Positions 22,117-33,195 of a DNA stretch of 64,000 bases are shown here, piece by piece; position 1 is the stretch's first letter; each line of letters begins with the position of its first letter. A model generated the notes under the pieces. It saw nothing but the letters and a program-made list of their open reading frames with translations. It did no database searches and was not told where the DNA came from. Location: the NCBI GenBank assembly GCA_963716745.1, contig OY970320.1, positions 1 through 64,000 of the forward strand, in the 5' to 3' direction. The position numbers and the translations under genes were made by a program. The DNA comes from an uncultured Gemmatimonadaceae bacterium (GTDB taxonomy: Bacteria > Gemmatimonadota > Gemmatimonadetes > Gemmatimonadales > Gemmatimonadaceae).

Positions 22117-24119
22117 TGCCTGACCGCACACCAACACCGCGCACACCACCCACGCGCGATTTCGACTGGGGGCGTTTCTCCAAGACGCTCTCGTTCTGGC
22201 TGCTCATGGTGATCGTCGCCATCGTCCTCTACCAGTGGAGCTGGGCGGGGCGGGAGACGGCCACCGAGGTCGACTATTCGACTTACAGTCAGCAGCTCGA
22301 TGCCGACAATATCAGCGCCGTCACGATCGAAGACGGCAAGCTGATCACCGGCGACTTCCGCGCGAAGGTGCGCATCCCGGCGCACGACAAAGTGGCGGCG
22401 AAGGATGTGTCGCGGTTCATCGTGCGGCTCCCGGTCGCGAACGACCCCAAGGAATCCGAGCGGCTGCGCAGCAAGAACGTCGCGGTGCGTTCGGCGGAGG
22501 GCCGGCAGGGCATCGGCACCTATCTCCTGCCGATCGCGTTCCTGCTCATGTTCGGGCTCTGGATCTACATCATCCGGCAGATGCAGGCGGGCGGCGCCAA
22601 GGCGTTCAGCTTCGGCAAGAGCAAGGCGAAGCTGCTGAGCGGTGAGTCGCCCAAGGTCACGTTCCTGGATGTCGCGGGCGTGGAAGAGGCGAAAGAGGAA
22701 TTGCAGGAGATCATCGAATTCCTCAAGGATCCGCAGAAGTTCACGCGGCTCGGCGGCCGGCTGCCCAAGGGCGTGCTGCTCGTCGGCTCGCCGGGCACGG
22801 GCAAGACGCTGCTCGCGCGCGCCGTGGCCGGTGAAGCGGGGCGGCCCTTCTTCTCGATGTCGGGATCCGATTTCGTCGAGATGTTCGTGGGCGTCGGCGC
22901 GAGCCGCGTGCGCGATCTGTTCGAGCAGGGGAAGGCGCACGCGCCATGCATCATCTTCATCGACGAGATCGACGCGGTGGGCCGTCATCGCGGCGCCGGA
23001 CTCGGCGGCGGTCACGACGAGCGCGAGCAGACGCTGAACCAGCTGCTCGTGGAGATGGACGGCTTCGAGTCGAATGAAGGCGTGATCCTCATCGCGGCGA
23101 CGAACCGCCCCGACGTGCTCGATCCCGCATTGCTTCGCCCGGGCCGCTTCGACCGCCAGGTGATCGTGGACCTGCCCGACCTGCGCGGCCGTGAGGAGAT
23201 CCTGAAGGTGCATCTGCGCAAGGTGCCGGTGAGCGAGGATGTGGAAGTGAGCATCATCGCGCGCGGCACGCCCGGCATGTCGGGCGCGGACCTCGCGAAC
23301 CTCGTGAACGAGGCGGCGCTGCTCGCGGCGCGGCACAATCACGATAAGGTGTATCCCGCCGATCTCGAGGAGGCGCGCGACAAGGTGATGCTCGGCGCCG
23401 AGCGGAAATCAATGGTGATGAACGCCGAGACCAAGAAGATGACCGCGTATCACGAAGCGGGGCACGCGGTGTGCGCGATCATGACGCCGGGCAACGACCC
23501 GATGCACAAGGTCACGATCATGCCGCGCGGCCGCGCGCTCGGCGTCGCGGTGACGCTGCCGAGCGAGGACCGCTATTCGATCTCGCGCAAGCAGCTGCTC
23601 GCGCGCATGGTGATGGGCTACGGCGGCCGCGTGGCCGAAGAGCTGACGTTCGGCACCGACAACGTGACGACGGGCGCGCAGAGCGACATCCAGATGGTGA
23701 CGTCGCTGGCGCGGCGCTATGTGAGCCAGTGGGGACTGTCGGAGGCGATCGGGCCCATCCTGGTGGGTGACAACGAGCAGGAAGTGTTCCTGGGCCGTGA
23801 CATGGGGCACCGGCGCGAGGTGTCGGAGAAGACGGCGCAGATCGTGGACGCCGAGGTGACGCGGCTGCTCGGGGAGGCGTACGAGCGCGCGCGGCGCGTG
23901 CTCACCGAGAACGCGGATCTGCATCGGCGCATGGCCGAAGCGCTGCTCGAGCGAGAGACGCTCACCAGCGACGACATCGAGATCCTCGTGAAGGGCGGCA
24001 CACTGCCGCCGCGGCCCGTCACGCCATCGGGACCGCTCTCCGCGGTGTCGCCGGCGAACGCGGCGCTCTTGAAGCCGAAGCCTGGATTGCTCGGCGGCCC
24101 CGAGGTCGCGCCCGCGTGA
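22116..24119 (+). CDS. ftsH: ATP-dependent zinc metalloprotease FtsH
   Basis: Two TMs, [19 protein letters not shown]. Confidence 0.97.
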   Translation: MPDRTPTPRTPPTRDFDWGRFSKTLSFWLLMVIVAIVLYQWSWAGRETATEVDYSTYSQQLDADNISAVTIEDGKLITGDFRAKVRIPAHDKVAAKDVSRFIVRLPVANDPKESERLRSKNVAVRSAEGRQGIGTYLLPIAFLLMFGLWIYIIRQMQAGGAKAFSFGKSKAKLLSGESPKVTFLDVAGVEEAKEELQEIIEFLKDPQKFTRLGGRLPKGVLLVGSPGTGKTLLARAVAGEAGRPFFSMSGSDFVEMFVGVGASRVRDLFEQGKAHAPCIIFIDEIDAVGRHRGAGLGGGHDEREQTLNQLLVEMDGFESNEGVILIAATNRPDVLDPALLRPGRFDRQVIVDLPDLRGREEILKVHLRKVPVSEDVEVSIIARGTPGMSGADLANLVNEAALLAARHNHDKVYPADLEEARDKVMLGAERKSMVMNAETKKMTAYHEAGHAVCAIMTPGNDPMHKVTIMPRGRALGVAVTLPSEDRYSISRKQLLARMVMGYGGRVAEELTFGTDNVTTGAQSDIQMVTSLARRYVSQWGLSEAIGPILVGDNEQEVFLGRDMGHRREVSEKTAQIVDAEVTRLLGEAYERARRVLTENADLHRRMAEALLERETLTSDDIEILVKGGTLPPRPVTPSGPLSAVSPANAALLKPKPGLLGGPEVAPA

Positions 24120-24988
24120 CGCAAGTGGGCGAGCGCGCGGCGTGGGTCATGCGCGGCCGCACGCTTCGCCTCGACCGGCCGCTCGTTCTCGGGATCCTCA
24201 ACGTCACGCCCGACAGTTTCAGCGACGGCGGGGAATACCTCGCGCCGAACGAGGCGGTGGCGCGCGCGGAGCAGATGGTGGCGGAGGGCGCCGACCTGAT
24301 CGACATCGGCGGCGAGAGCACGCGCCCGCAGGGCGCGAGAGCCGTGGCCGCCGCGGAAGAATCGAAACGCGTGATCCCCGTGATCGAGCGCGTGCACGCG
24401 CGCTTCCCGGAGATCCCCATCTCGGTGGACACCGTGAAGGCGGACGTCGCGGAGGCCGCGCTCGCGGCGGGCGCGGACATCGTGAACAATGTATCGGGCC
24501 TGCGGCTCAATGCACGCATGGCGGAGGTGTGCGCGCGTGCGGGCGCGGGGGTGATCGTGATGCACTCGCGCGGCACGGTGAGCGACATGTCCACGTACGA
24601 GCATGCGCACTATGACCGCGTCGTGACCGAAGTGATCGGCGAGCTGGTCGCGCGCGTGGCGCTGGCGGAGCGGGCGGGCGTAGCGGCGACGGCCATCGCG
24701 GTGGACCCCGGGATCGGGTTCTCGAAGCGCGCGGAGCATTCGCTCACGCTGCTCGCGCATCTGCGCGAGTTCGCGCGGCTCGGCTATCCGCTCGTGCTCG
24801 GCGTGTCGCGGAAGCGCGTGGTAGGCCGGCCGGACGACGATCCGTCGCAGCGCGTGGAGGGAACGATCGCCGCGAACGTGCTCGGCCTCGCGGCGGGCGC
24901 GCGCATCTTCCGCGTGCATGACGTGCTCGCGGCGCGGCGCGCACTGGATGTCGCGTGGTCGGTGCTCGAGGCGGGGGGCGGACCGTGA
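24116..24988 (+). CDS. folP: Dihydropteroate synthase
   Basis: ILNVTPDSFSDGG, GGESTRP, DPGIGF, SRK. Confidence 0.96.
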   Translation: MTQVGERAAWVMRGRTLRLDRPLVLGILNVTPDSFSDGGEYLAPNEAVARAEQMVAEGADLIDIGGESTRPQGARAVAAAEESKRVIPVIERVHARFPEIPISVDTVKADVAEAALAAGADIVNNVSGLRLNARMAEVCARAGAGVIVMHSRGTVSDMSTYEHAHYDRVVTEVIGELVARVALAERAGVAATAIAVDPGIGFSKRAEHSLTLLAHLREFARLGYPLVLGVSRKRVVGRPDDDPSQRVEGTIAANVLGLAAGARIFRVHDVLAARRALDVAWSVLEAGGGP

Positions 24989-25785
24989 GCGGTTTCGCGC
25001 TGCTGCGCTTCCTGAGCTTCAACTGGCGCGACGCGTTCGAGATCGTGCTCGTGGCGGTGGTGATCTACCGCTTGCTGTTGCTGTTCGAAGGTACGCGGGC
25101 CGTGCAGATGCTCGTGGGGATCATGGTGCTCGTGGTCGCGTACGCGGCGGCGTGGATGTTCAAGCTCACGATGATCACGTATCTGTTCGGGATCGTGTTC
25201 ACGTACGGCGCCTTCGCGGCGCTCGTGCTCTTCCAGCCGGAATTGCGGGCGGCGCTCGCGCATCTCGGGCAATCGCGCGCGATGCGACTGCTGCGCCGTC
25301 GCGCGGCGACGCAGGCCGCGACGCATATCACCGATGCAGTAGAGCGGCTCGCGCGCACCGGGACCGGCGCGCTGATCGCGGTGGAGCGCGGCGTGCGGCT
25401 CGGCGATTACGCGCAGACGGGGACGCCGGTGCTGGCGCGCGTGTCGGCCGACCTGCTCGAGACGATCTTCACGCCGCGCTCGCCGCTGCACGACGGTGCG
25501 GTGATCATTCGCGGCGACACGATCATCGGCGCCGGATGCATTCTTCCACTTACGAAGAACGATCCGGACGACCGCACGCTGGGCACGCGCCACCGCGCCG
25601 CGCTCGGGCTGAGCGAGGAGACCGATGCGCTGGCGATCATCGTGAGCGAGGAGACGCGGCAGGTGTCGGTGGCCGAGCATGGACGGCTGCGGCGAGACGT
25701 CACGCCCGATGAACTGCGAGGACTGGTGAGTGGCGTGACGCCGCGCGCGACCGCTGAGCAGGCGGCGGTGTCGCTACGCGCTTAG
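24985..25785 (+). CDS. cdaA: Diadenylate cyclase CdaA/DacA
   Basis: Three TMs, FQPELR, HDGA and RHR catalytic motifs. Confidence 0.93.
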   Translation: MSGFALLRFLSFNWRDAFEIVLVAVVIYRLLLLFEGTRAVQMLVGIMVLVVAYAAAWMFKLTMITYLFGIVFTYGAFAALVLFQPELRAALAHLGQSRAMRLLRRRAATQAATHITDAVERLARTGTGALIAVERGVRLGDYAQTGTPVLARVSADLLETIFTPRSPLHDGAVIIRGDTIIGAGCILPLTKNDPDDRTLGTRHRAALGLSEETDALAIIVSEETRQVSVAEHGRLRRDVTPDELRGLVSGVTPRATAEQAAVSLRA

Positions 25786-25823
25786 CGCGTCCGTCGCCCG
25801 CGGCGCTCGCCGCTGGTGCGGCG

Positions 25824-27716
25824 GTGGCGGTGCTCCTCGCCGCTTACTGGGCCACCGCGTCGCCGGGCGTCACCTTCTGGGACAGCGGAGAATTCATCGC
25901 GGCGATGGCGTCGTGGGGGATCCCGCATCCGCCGGCCACGCCGCTCTACGTGACGATCGGTCGCGCGTGGGTGGTGCTGCTCGGCGCGTTGCCGGTCGCG
26001 CGCGCGGCGACGCTGCTCTCGGGATTCGCGACGGCGCTCGCGGCCGGCGCGCTCGCGCTGCTCGTCGCGCGCGTCACGAAGAGCGCGGCGATGGCGTTCG
26101 CGGCGGCCATCTGCGCGGGCGGGATGAGCACCGTGTGGTCGAGCGCGACCGAGACCGAGGCGTACGCGACGGCGCTACTGCTTGCGATGGCGATGCTGCT
26201 CGCGGCCGAGCGTGCGGGACGCGACGGGGACGCGCGATGGACGGCGCTCACCGCGTATGCGATGGCGCTCGCGGTGCCGATGCACTTGAGCGCGCTGGTC
26301 GCGGCGCCGGCGGCGATCGTGCTCGCGTCGTATCGGGCTGAGGGCGGGTGGCGTTGGAGTGTCGCGGCGCTGCTGGCCGCGCTGTTCGTGATCGCGACGG
26401 GTGTGGGGCGCGCGAGCGAGAGCATCGCGATCGTGGGGATCGTGATGTTCGCGGGGGCGGCGGGACTAGCGATGAAGGCAGGTCTCGGCGTCAGGCGCTC
26501 GTCGCTCGCGGTCCTCATCGCCTTCTCCGCGTGCTTGATCATCATGCTGCGGGCGCGGCAGGATCCGGCGCTCAATTTCAGTGATCCGCGCACGCTGCAG
26601 GCTGCCTGGGAAGTCATCGGCCGGCGGATCTACGGCTCGTTCGCGCTCTGGCCGCGGAATGCCCCCATGTGGTTGCAGCTCGTGAATTTCCTGGAGTATG
26701 CTGATTGGCAGACGGCGCTCAGTCTCGCGCCTCGCGCCGCCCCGGCGATGGCGCGCACCGCGGTGACAGTGTTCTTCATCGTACTCGGTGTGATCGGGGC
26801 CGTGGCACATCGCCGGATGGACCGCCGTAGTTGGCTCGCGTTCCTCGTGCTCTTCCTGGGCGCGAGCCTGGGCCTCGTCGCGTATCTCAATTTCTATCCG
26901 GGATATTCGCTCGGGTACGGCATCCTGCCATCGGATGTGCGCCACGAGGTGCGCGAGCGCGACTATTTCTTCGTGCTCGCGTTCTGGACCTGGGGCGCGT
27001 GGGCGGGCATCGGCGCGGTGTCGCTCGCGCGGAGATTCGGGTCGCGCGCGACGGCGGCCGGTGTCGCGTTCGCGGCGATCCCGCTCGCGCTCAATTTCTC
27101 GGCGATGGACCGCGCACGCAGCGCCGAGCGCGACTCGGCCCGCGCGGTGTCTCGCGCGCTGCTGTGGGGCGCGCCGAAGGACGCGGTGCTGCTCACGGCG
27201 GCGGACGATGACACCTTCTTGTCCTGGTACGCGCAGATCGCAGAGCGGGATCGGCCCGATCTCGTCGTGCTGAACTGGCCGTCGCTCTACGCCGGATCGA
27301 TTCGCGCTCGGGCCGCGCGCCGCTACGGCCTGGTCGTAAGCGACAGCACTGAACCCCTCCACTCGCTCGACACCGATGCTCGCCGGCAAGGACGGGCGCT
27401 CGCGCTCACGGTGGTGTTCGGCCTCGGCACGGCACTTCGAGAGACCGGCGGCGGCGAGTGGATGTTGCGTGGACTGACGTTCGTGCGAGCCGACTCGTCT
27501 GCTGTACGGGTGGCACCAAACGGGCCGCTCGTGGACACGCTGGCAGCGCGAGAATTCGTGAAGGAATTCGGCGAACCGGCGTTGCCGCCCGATGGTGCGA
27601 TCGATGGCACGGCGCGGACCTGGATTCAGTTCGTCCGTTGCCCGGCGGCGTACCTGAAAGTCTCCCGAAGGCAGGTTCCCGCCGATTCTCTTGATTCGCG
27701 TTGTAAGTTGCTATAG
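25824..27716 (+). CDS. DUF2723/TMEM260-like polytopic membrane protein (GT-C-like)
   Basis: WDSGEFIA...GIPHPP, ETEAYA, EVRERDYFF and DDTF motifs; many TMs; start uncertain. Confidence 0.8.
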   Translation: MAVLLAAYWATASPGVTFWDSGEFIAAMASWGIPHPPATPLYVTIGRAWVVLLGALPVARAATLLSGFATALAAGALALLVARVTKSAAMAFAAAICAGGMSTVWSSATETEAYATALLLAMAMLLAAERAGRDGDARWTALTAYAMALAVPMHLSALVAAPAAIVLASYRAEGGWRWSVAALLAALFVIATGVGRASESIAIVGIVMFAGAAGLAMKAGLGVRRSSLAVLIAFSACLIIMLRARQDPALNFSDPRTLQAAWEVIGRRIYGSFALWPRNAPMWLQLVNFLEYADWQTALSLAPRAAPAMARTAVTVFFIVLGVIGAVAHRRMDRRSWLAFLVLFLGASLGLVAYLNFYPGYSLGYGILPSDVRHEVRERDYFFVLAFWTWGAWAGIGAVSLARRFGSRATAAGVAFAAIPLALNFSAMDRARSAERDSARAVSRALLWGAPKDAVLLTAADDDTFLSWYAQIAERDRPDLVVLNWPSLYAGSIRARAARRYGLVVSDSTEPLHSLDTDARRQGRALALTVVFGLGTALRETGGGEWMLRGLTFVRADSSAVRVAPNGPLVDTLAAREFVKEFGEPALPPDGAIDGTARTWIQFVRCPAAYLKVSRRQVPADSLDSRCKLL

Positions 27717-27719
27717 CTT
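27691..27719 (+). promoter_or_regulatory. Candidate sigma70 promoter for (near-)leaderless yggS
   Basis: TTGATT-N17-TAGCTT, 8 nt before ATG 27728, no SD sequence. Confidence 0.45.
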
Positions 27720-27727
27720 TGTCACTT

Positions 27728-28411
27728 ATGGATTTCCACGACCTCGCCGACCGGTTGGCGGAGGTGCGGGGCCGGATCGAGGCGGCGGTGTCACGCGGCG
27801 GTCACGGACAACACGTCACGATCGTGGCGGTGACGAAGACGCATGGGGCCGACGCGGTCGAGGCGGCGTACGCCGCGGGCCTGCACGACGTGGGAGAGAA
27901 TCGCGTGCAGGAAGCGCGCGCGAAGATGGATGACGTGAGCGTCGCGGTGCGGTGGCATCTCATCGGCCATCTGCAGCGCAACAAGGTGAAGGAGACCGCG
28001 CGCTTCGCGCTCGTGCAGTCGGTGGACAGCGCGCGGCTGGCGGACGCGATCAGTGAGTTCGGCGTTGCGCAGCACCGCGCCATCGATTCGCTGGTGCAGG
28101 TGAGCGTGGTGGGCGAGGAATCGAAGGGCGGCTTTGCGATCGCGGACCTCGCGGCGGAGGCTGAGCGTTTCACGCGGCGCGCCGGCGTACGGATCACCGG
28201 TGTGATGACGATGGCGCCGCTGGAGGCGGAGGAGCGCACGCTGCGCACCGTGTTCCGCGGCGCGCGAGAGGCGCGCGACGTGATGATCGCCGCCGGCCAT
28301 CCGGCGTCGGTGGTCTCGATGGGCATGTCGAACGATTACGAGATCGCGGTAGAAGAAGGAGCGACGATGGTCCGGTTGGGCACCGTCCTGTTCGGAGCGA
28401 GAGGCACATGA
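27728..28411 (+). CDS. yggS: YggS family PLP homeostasis protein
   Basis: VAVTKT, GENRVQE, WHLIGHLQRNK and SMGMSND motifs. Confidence 0.95.
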   Translation: MDFHDLADRLAEVRGRIEAAVSRGGHGQHVTIVAVTKTHGADAVEAAYAAGLHDVGENRVQEARAKMDDVSVAVRWHLIGHLQRNKVKETARFALVQSVDSARLADAISEFGVAQHRAIDSLVQVSVVGEESKGGFAIADLAAEAERFTRRAGVRITGVMTMAPLEAEERTLRTVFRGAREARDVMIAAGHPASVVSMGMSNDYEIAVEEGATMVRLGTVLFGARGT

Positions 28412-29055
28412 CCGACGAATCTTTCCATCTGACCCCGCTCGATATCCGGCGCTACGATTTCGGGAGCAAGGCCTTCCGCGGCTTCGACGCGCAGAAGGTC
28501 GAGGATTTCCGGAACCAGGTGGCCGATGAACTCGAGCGCCTCACGAAACTCAACGGGGAGCTCGACGCGAAGGCGAAGGGTTTCCACGAACAACTCCGCG
28601 CGTTCCGCGAGCGCGACAAGGCGCTCAACGATGCGCTCGTGAGCGCGCAGCAGCTGCGCTCCGAAATGCGCGAGCAGGCCGACCGCGAAGCGCAGCTCAT
28701 CCTGCGCGAAGCGCGGGCGGACGCCGAGCGTCTGGTGGACGCGGCGAAGGGTGAGGTGAAGCGGCTCGAGTCAGAGCTCGTCGGCCTCGACAAGTCGCGC
28801 GTGACGTACATCGCGCAATTGCGCGCGGTGATCGAGCGTCAGCTGGCCGAGTTGGGTGCGCTGCACGCGCCGCCGGCGGCACCGAAGCCCGCCGCGCCGG
28901 CGAACGCGGCGCCTCCGGCCGCTGCTCCGCCTGCGCCCGCGACTCCGCCGGCCCCGCCGGCGCCGAAGCGCGCGAGCGCCGAGAGCGAGGCCGCGACCGA
29001 CACACGCGGCCACGTGAAGACCCCCGCTTGGCTGGAGTCGCTCGTCAAGGAATGA
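28408..29055 (+). CDS. divIVA: DivIVA domain protein
   Basis: LTPLDIRRYDF..AFRGFD..KVEDF N-terminus, coiled coil, Pro/Ala-rich tail. Confidence 0.9.
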   Translation: MTDESFHLTPLDIRRYDFGSKAFRGFDAQKVEDFRNQVADELERLTKLNGELDAKAKGFHEQLRAFRERDKALNDALVSAQQLRSEMREQADREAQLILREARADAERLVDAAKGEVKRLESELVGLDKSRVTYIAQLRAVIERQLAELGALHAPPAAPKPAAPANAAPPAAAPPAPATPPAPPAPKRASAESEAATDTRGHVKTPAWLESLVKE

Positions 29056-29931
29056 AGCCGCCGTACCGGCTCGACGACCCCCGCACGCTGGCCGTCGCGC
29101 CTCCCCAGCATGCTCACACGCGGGCCGCGATCTCCGTCGCGGCCGCCGCCGTGCGCGACCGCGTCGCGGCCGTGCCCGACGTCGGCATCATCCTCGGCAC
29201 CGGACTCGGCGCGCTCGGCGCGCGAGATCGAGGATCCGGTGGTGATCGAGTACGCGGAGATCCCCGGGTTCCCGCTCTCGACCGTCGAGTCCCATGCGGG
29301 CCGGCTCATCAGCGGCACGCTCGGCGGGACACCGGTGGTCGCGATGCAGGGGCGTTTCCATTTGTACGAGGGCTACACCGCGCAGCAGGTGAGCTTCCCG
29401 GTGCGCGTGATGCGCGAACTCGGCGCGCATTCGCTGATCGTCTCCAACGCCTGCGGCGCGCTGAATCCGGCGTATCGCGCGGGCGATCTCATGCTGATCG
29501 CCGATCACATCAACTTGCTCGGCGAGAATCCGCTCATCGGCGCGAACGATGATTCTCTCGGGCCGCGCTTCCCCGATATGTCCGCGCCCTATGGCGCCGA
29601 ACTGCGTGAGTCGGCGAAGCGAGTGGGCGGGGCCATGAAGCTGACGCTGCGCGAAGGCGTGTACGCCGCGGTGACAGGGCCGAGCTTCGAGACGCGCGCG
29701 GAATACCGGTTCCTGCGCACGCTCGGCGCGGATGTGGTGGGAATGTCCACCGTGCCCGAGGTGATCGTGGCGGTGCATGGCGGAATGCGCGTGCTCGGCA
29801 TCTCGATGATCACCGATCTTTGCCTGCCCGACACGCTGGAGCCGGTGACACTCGAGCGCATCGTCGCAGTGGCGAACGAGGCGGAACCCAAGCTCACGGC
29901 GCTCGTGCGCGGCGTGCTGGAGACGATGTGA
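29052..29931 (+). CDS. punA: Purine-nucleoside phosphorylase (apparent frameshift ~29220)
   Basis: IILGTGLG, then GRFHLYEG, GPSFET and VGMSTVPE. Confidence 0.92.
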
Positions 29932-32900
29932 CCGTTGCGCCGCGTTTCCGCGTACCGCCCGCGGACCAGACCACGGACGCACTGGAACTCGAGATGCTCG
30001 CGAAGTGGACGGCGGAGGATCTGCTCGCGCGCACGATCCGCGAACGCGAGGGCGCGCAGGATTTCGTCTTCTTCGAGGGACCGCCCACGGCGAACGGCCG
30101 GCCCGGCATCCATCACGTGTTCTCGCGCACGATCAAGGATCTCTTCTGCCGCTACCAGGTGATGAAGGGGCGGCGCGTGCTGCGGAAAGCGGGATGGGAC
30201 ACGCATGGGCTGCCGGTGGAGATCGAGGTGGAGAAGCAGCTCGGATTGAACGGCAAGCCCGAGATCGAGAAGTACGGGGTGGCCGCGTTCAACAAGAAGT
30301 GCCGCGAGAGCGTGTGGAAGTACAAGGGCGACTGGGAGCGCCTGAGTGCACGCATCGGCTACTGGCTCGATTACTCGGATCCGTACATCACATACTCGAA
30401 CGACTACATCGAGAGCGTGTGGTGGGCGCTGGCCACGCTGCACTCGCGCGGACTGCTGTATGTGGGACACAAGATCCTGCCGTACTGCGCGCGGTGCGGG
30501 ACGGCGCTCTCGTCGCATGAAGTGGCGCAGGGCTATCGTGACGTCAAAGATCCCAGTGTGTACTTGATGCTCGAGTTCGATGGCGCTCGGGACTCGGGAC
30601 TCGGGACTCGCGACGGCGGGAGTAACGCCCGAGTCCCGAGTCCCGAGTCCCGCGTCCTCGTATGGACCACGACTCCGTGGACGCTGGTGTCGAACGTCGC
30701 GCTCGCGGTGAATCCTGAGTTCACCTACGCTGAGCTGAAGAGAAAGGGGAAATCCGAACCCGCGCTCATCATCGCCGAGGCGCGCGCGGCCGCGGTGCTC
30801 GGCGAGGATTGGGCCGATCGCTGGGAGATCGTGTCGCGGTTCCCGGGCACGGCGCTCGTGGGGCGCAGCTACAAGCGTCCGCTCGACTGGCTGCCGTATC
30901 CCGAGGGGAAGCACGAGATCATCGTCGGCGAGTCGTTCGTATCGGCCGAGGATGGCAGCGGCGTGGTGCACATGGCGCCGGCGTTCGGCGCGGATGACTT
31001 CGAGGCGGGGAAGCGGCACGGCCTCTCGATGCTGCATCCGGTGGACGATCGCGGGCGGTTCCCAGCAGATCTGCCGCTGGTCGGCGGGAAGTTCGTGAAG
31101 GAGGCCGACGCCGCGATCACGGAGGAGCTGAAGCGGCGCGGCGTCCTCTGGAAAGCGGGCACGATCGAACACTCGTATCCGCACTGCTGGCGCTGCGACA
31201 CGCCGCTCATCTACTATGCTCGCAAATCGTATTTCATTCGCACCACTGGATTCCGCGATCAGATGCTCGCGCGCAACGCGCGCGTGGATTGGCATCCGCC
31301 GGAGGTCGGCCACGGCCGCTTCGGCGAATGGCTCGAGAACAACATCGACTGGGCGCTCTCGCGCGACCGCTACTGGGGCACGCCGCTCCCGATCTGGGTG
31401 TGCGAGCGCGACGGCGGACACGTGGAAGCGATCGGCAGCTACGCCAAGCTCGCCGAGCGCTGGGGAAAGCCGCTGCCCGCCGATTTCGATCCGCATAAGC
31501 CGTACATCGACGATTACACATGGACGTGCGCGCGCGCCCAGTGCGGCGGCACGATGCGCCGCGCGCCGCAGGTGATCGACACGTGGTTCGACTCGGGGTC
31601 GATGCCCTTCGCGCAATGGCACTATCCGTTCGCGAACAAGGAACTCACGGCCAAGCAATTCCCGGCCGACTATATCGCGGAGGGCGTGGACCAGACGCGG
31701 GGCTGGTTCTATTCGCTGCTCGCCATCGCAAGTGGACTCGGGAGCGCGCTGCCGAACAACGAGGCGCCGGACGGCACGAGCGCACTCGCGGCGCCCTTCC
31801 GCTCGGTCGTGGTGAACGATCTCGTGCTGGACGAGACGGGCGCGAAGATGTCCAAGCACGTGGGCAACGTGGTGGACCCGAACACGGTGATCCCGCGCCA
31901 CGGCGCCGACGCCGTGCGCTTGTTCCTCGTGGCCTCGAGCCAGGTGTGGGTGCCGCGGCGCTTCGACGAAGAAGCCATTCGCGAAGTCGCCGGCCGCTTC
32001 CTGCTCACGCTGCGGAACATCTACGGCGGGATCTTCGCGCAGTACGCGAATTTCGGCTGGGCGCCGAGCGCGCAGGATCCCGCGGTCGCGGCGCGGCCCA
32101 CGGTGGACCGCTGGATCCTGTCGCGGCTCGCGAGCGTGGAGAGTGAAGTGGACGCGCTCATGGCCCGCTACGAGGCGACGCTCGCGGCGCGCGCAGTGAT
32201 GGACTTCGTCACCGACGACGTCTCGAATTGGTACGTGCGCCTCAATCGTGCGCGCTTCTACGACGTGGACACCGCCGACAGCCGCGCCGCGTTCGCGACG
32301 CTGCACGAGGTGCTCACCGTCGCGTGCCGTCTGCTCGCGCCCTTCGCGCCCTTCCTCACGGACTGGATGCACCGCGAGCTCACCGGCGACTCGGTGCACG
32401 TCGCGCCGTACGTGCGCGCCGCGGCGCCGGCGGTGGACCACTGCGCTCGAGCAGGCCATGACGCAGGTGCGCACGCTCGCGACGCTCGGGCGCGCCGCGC
32501 GCGAGGAAGCCGACGTGAAGGTGCGGCAGCCACTCGAGCGGATCATTTGCGTGGTGCCGGGCAAGCGCGGCGCCGACCTGCGGGCGCTCGAGCCGCTGCT
32601 GCGCGCCGAACTCAACGTCAAGCAGCTCGAGTGGGCCTCCAGCGGCGACGCACTGGTGCGTCTCGAGGCCAAACCGAACTTCCGCGCGCTCGGCAAGCGC
32701 TTCGGAAAGGCGACGCCGATCGCCGCCCAGGCGGTGGTCGCGCTCACGTCGGAGGCGCTCATGCGCTTCGAACACGGCGAGCCGGTGGCGATCTCCGTTG
32801 AGGGCGAGTCGCACACGCTCACGGCCGAGGATCTCGAACTGGTGCGGCGCGCTTCGGGCGAGCTGGTCGTGAAGGAGACGGGAGGTTTCTTCGTGGCGCT

Positions 32901-33195
32901 CGATCCCACCGTGACGCCCGCGTTGCGCGAGGAAGGCATCGCGCGGGAACTCGTCAGCCGCATCCAGCGTTTGCGTAAAGAGGGGGGCTTGGCGGTGAGC
33001 GACCGCGTGCGTGTGGTCATAGCCGGCGCGCCCGAAGTGGAGGCGGCGGCGCGCGCGCGCACCGACTACATTTCAGCCGAAGTTCTGGCCCGGGAGATCG
33101 CGATCGGCGGCTCCGGGGCCGAAGCACCAGACGCGACGTCCACGGATGACCTCGATGGTTCCGCCGTGCACATCGCCATTTCCCGAGTGTCCTAG
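29928..33195 (+). CDS. ileS: Isoleucine-tRNA ligase, type 2 (apparent frameshift ~32440)
   Basis: EGPPTANG-PGIHH, GWDTHGLP, WTTTPWT, KMSKH; C-terminal EGIARELVSRIQRLRK typical of IleRS2. Confidence 0.96.
30588..30652. repeat. In-frame heptamer palindrome inside ileS
   Basis: cgggactcgggactcgggactcg (30588-30610), 19-nt loop, exact reverse complement at 30630-30652. Confidence 0.92.

Noticed and set aside
28870..28965. Pro/Ala-rich low-complexity stretches in divIVA (also pepO and the DUF4388 linker) as DNA repeats
   Set aside because: Ordinary protein linkers with codon-period repetition only; no palindromy or period-7 structure.
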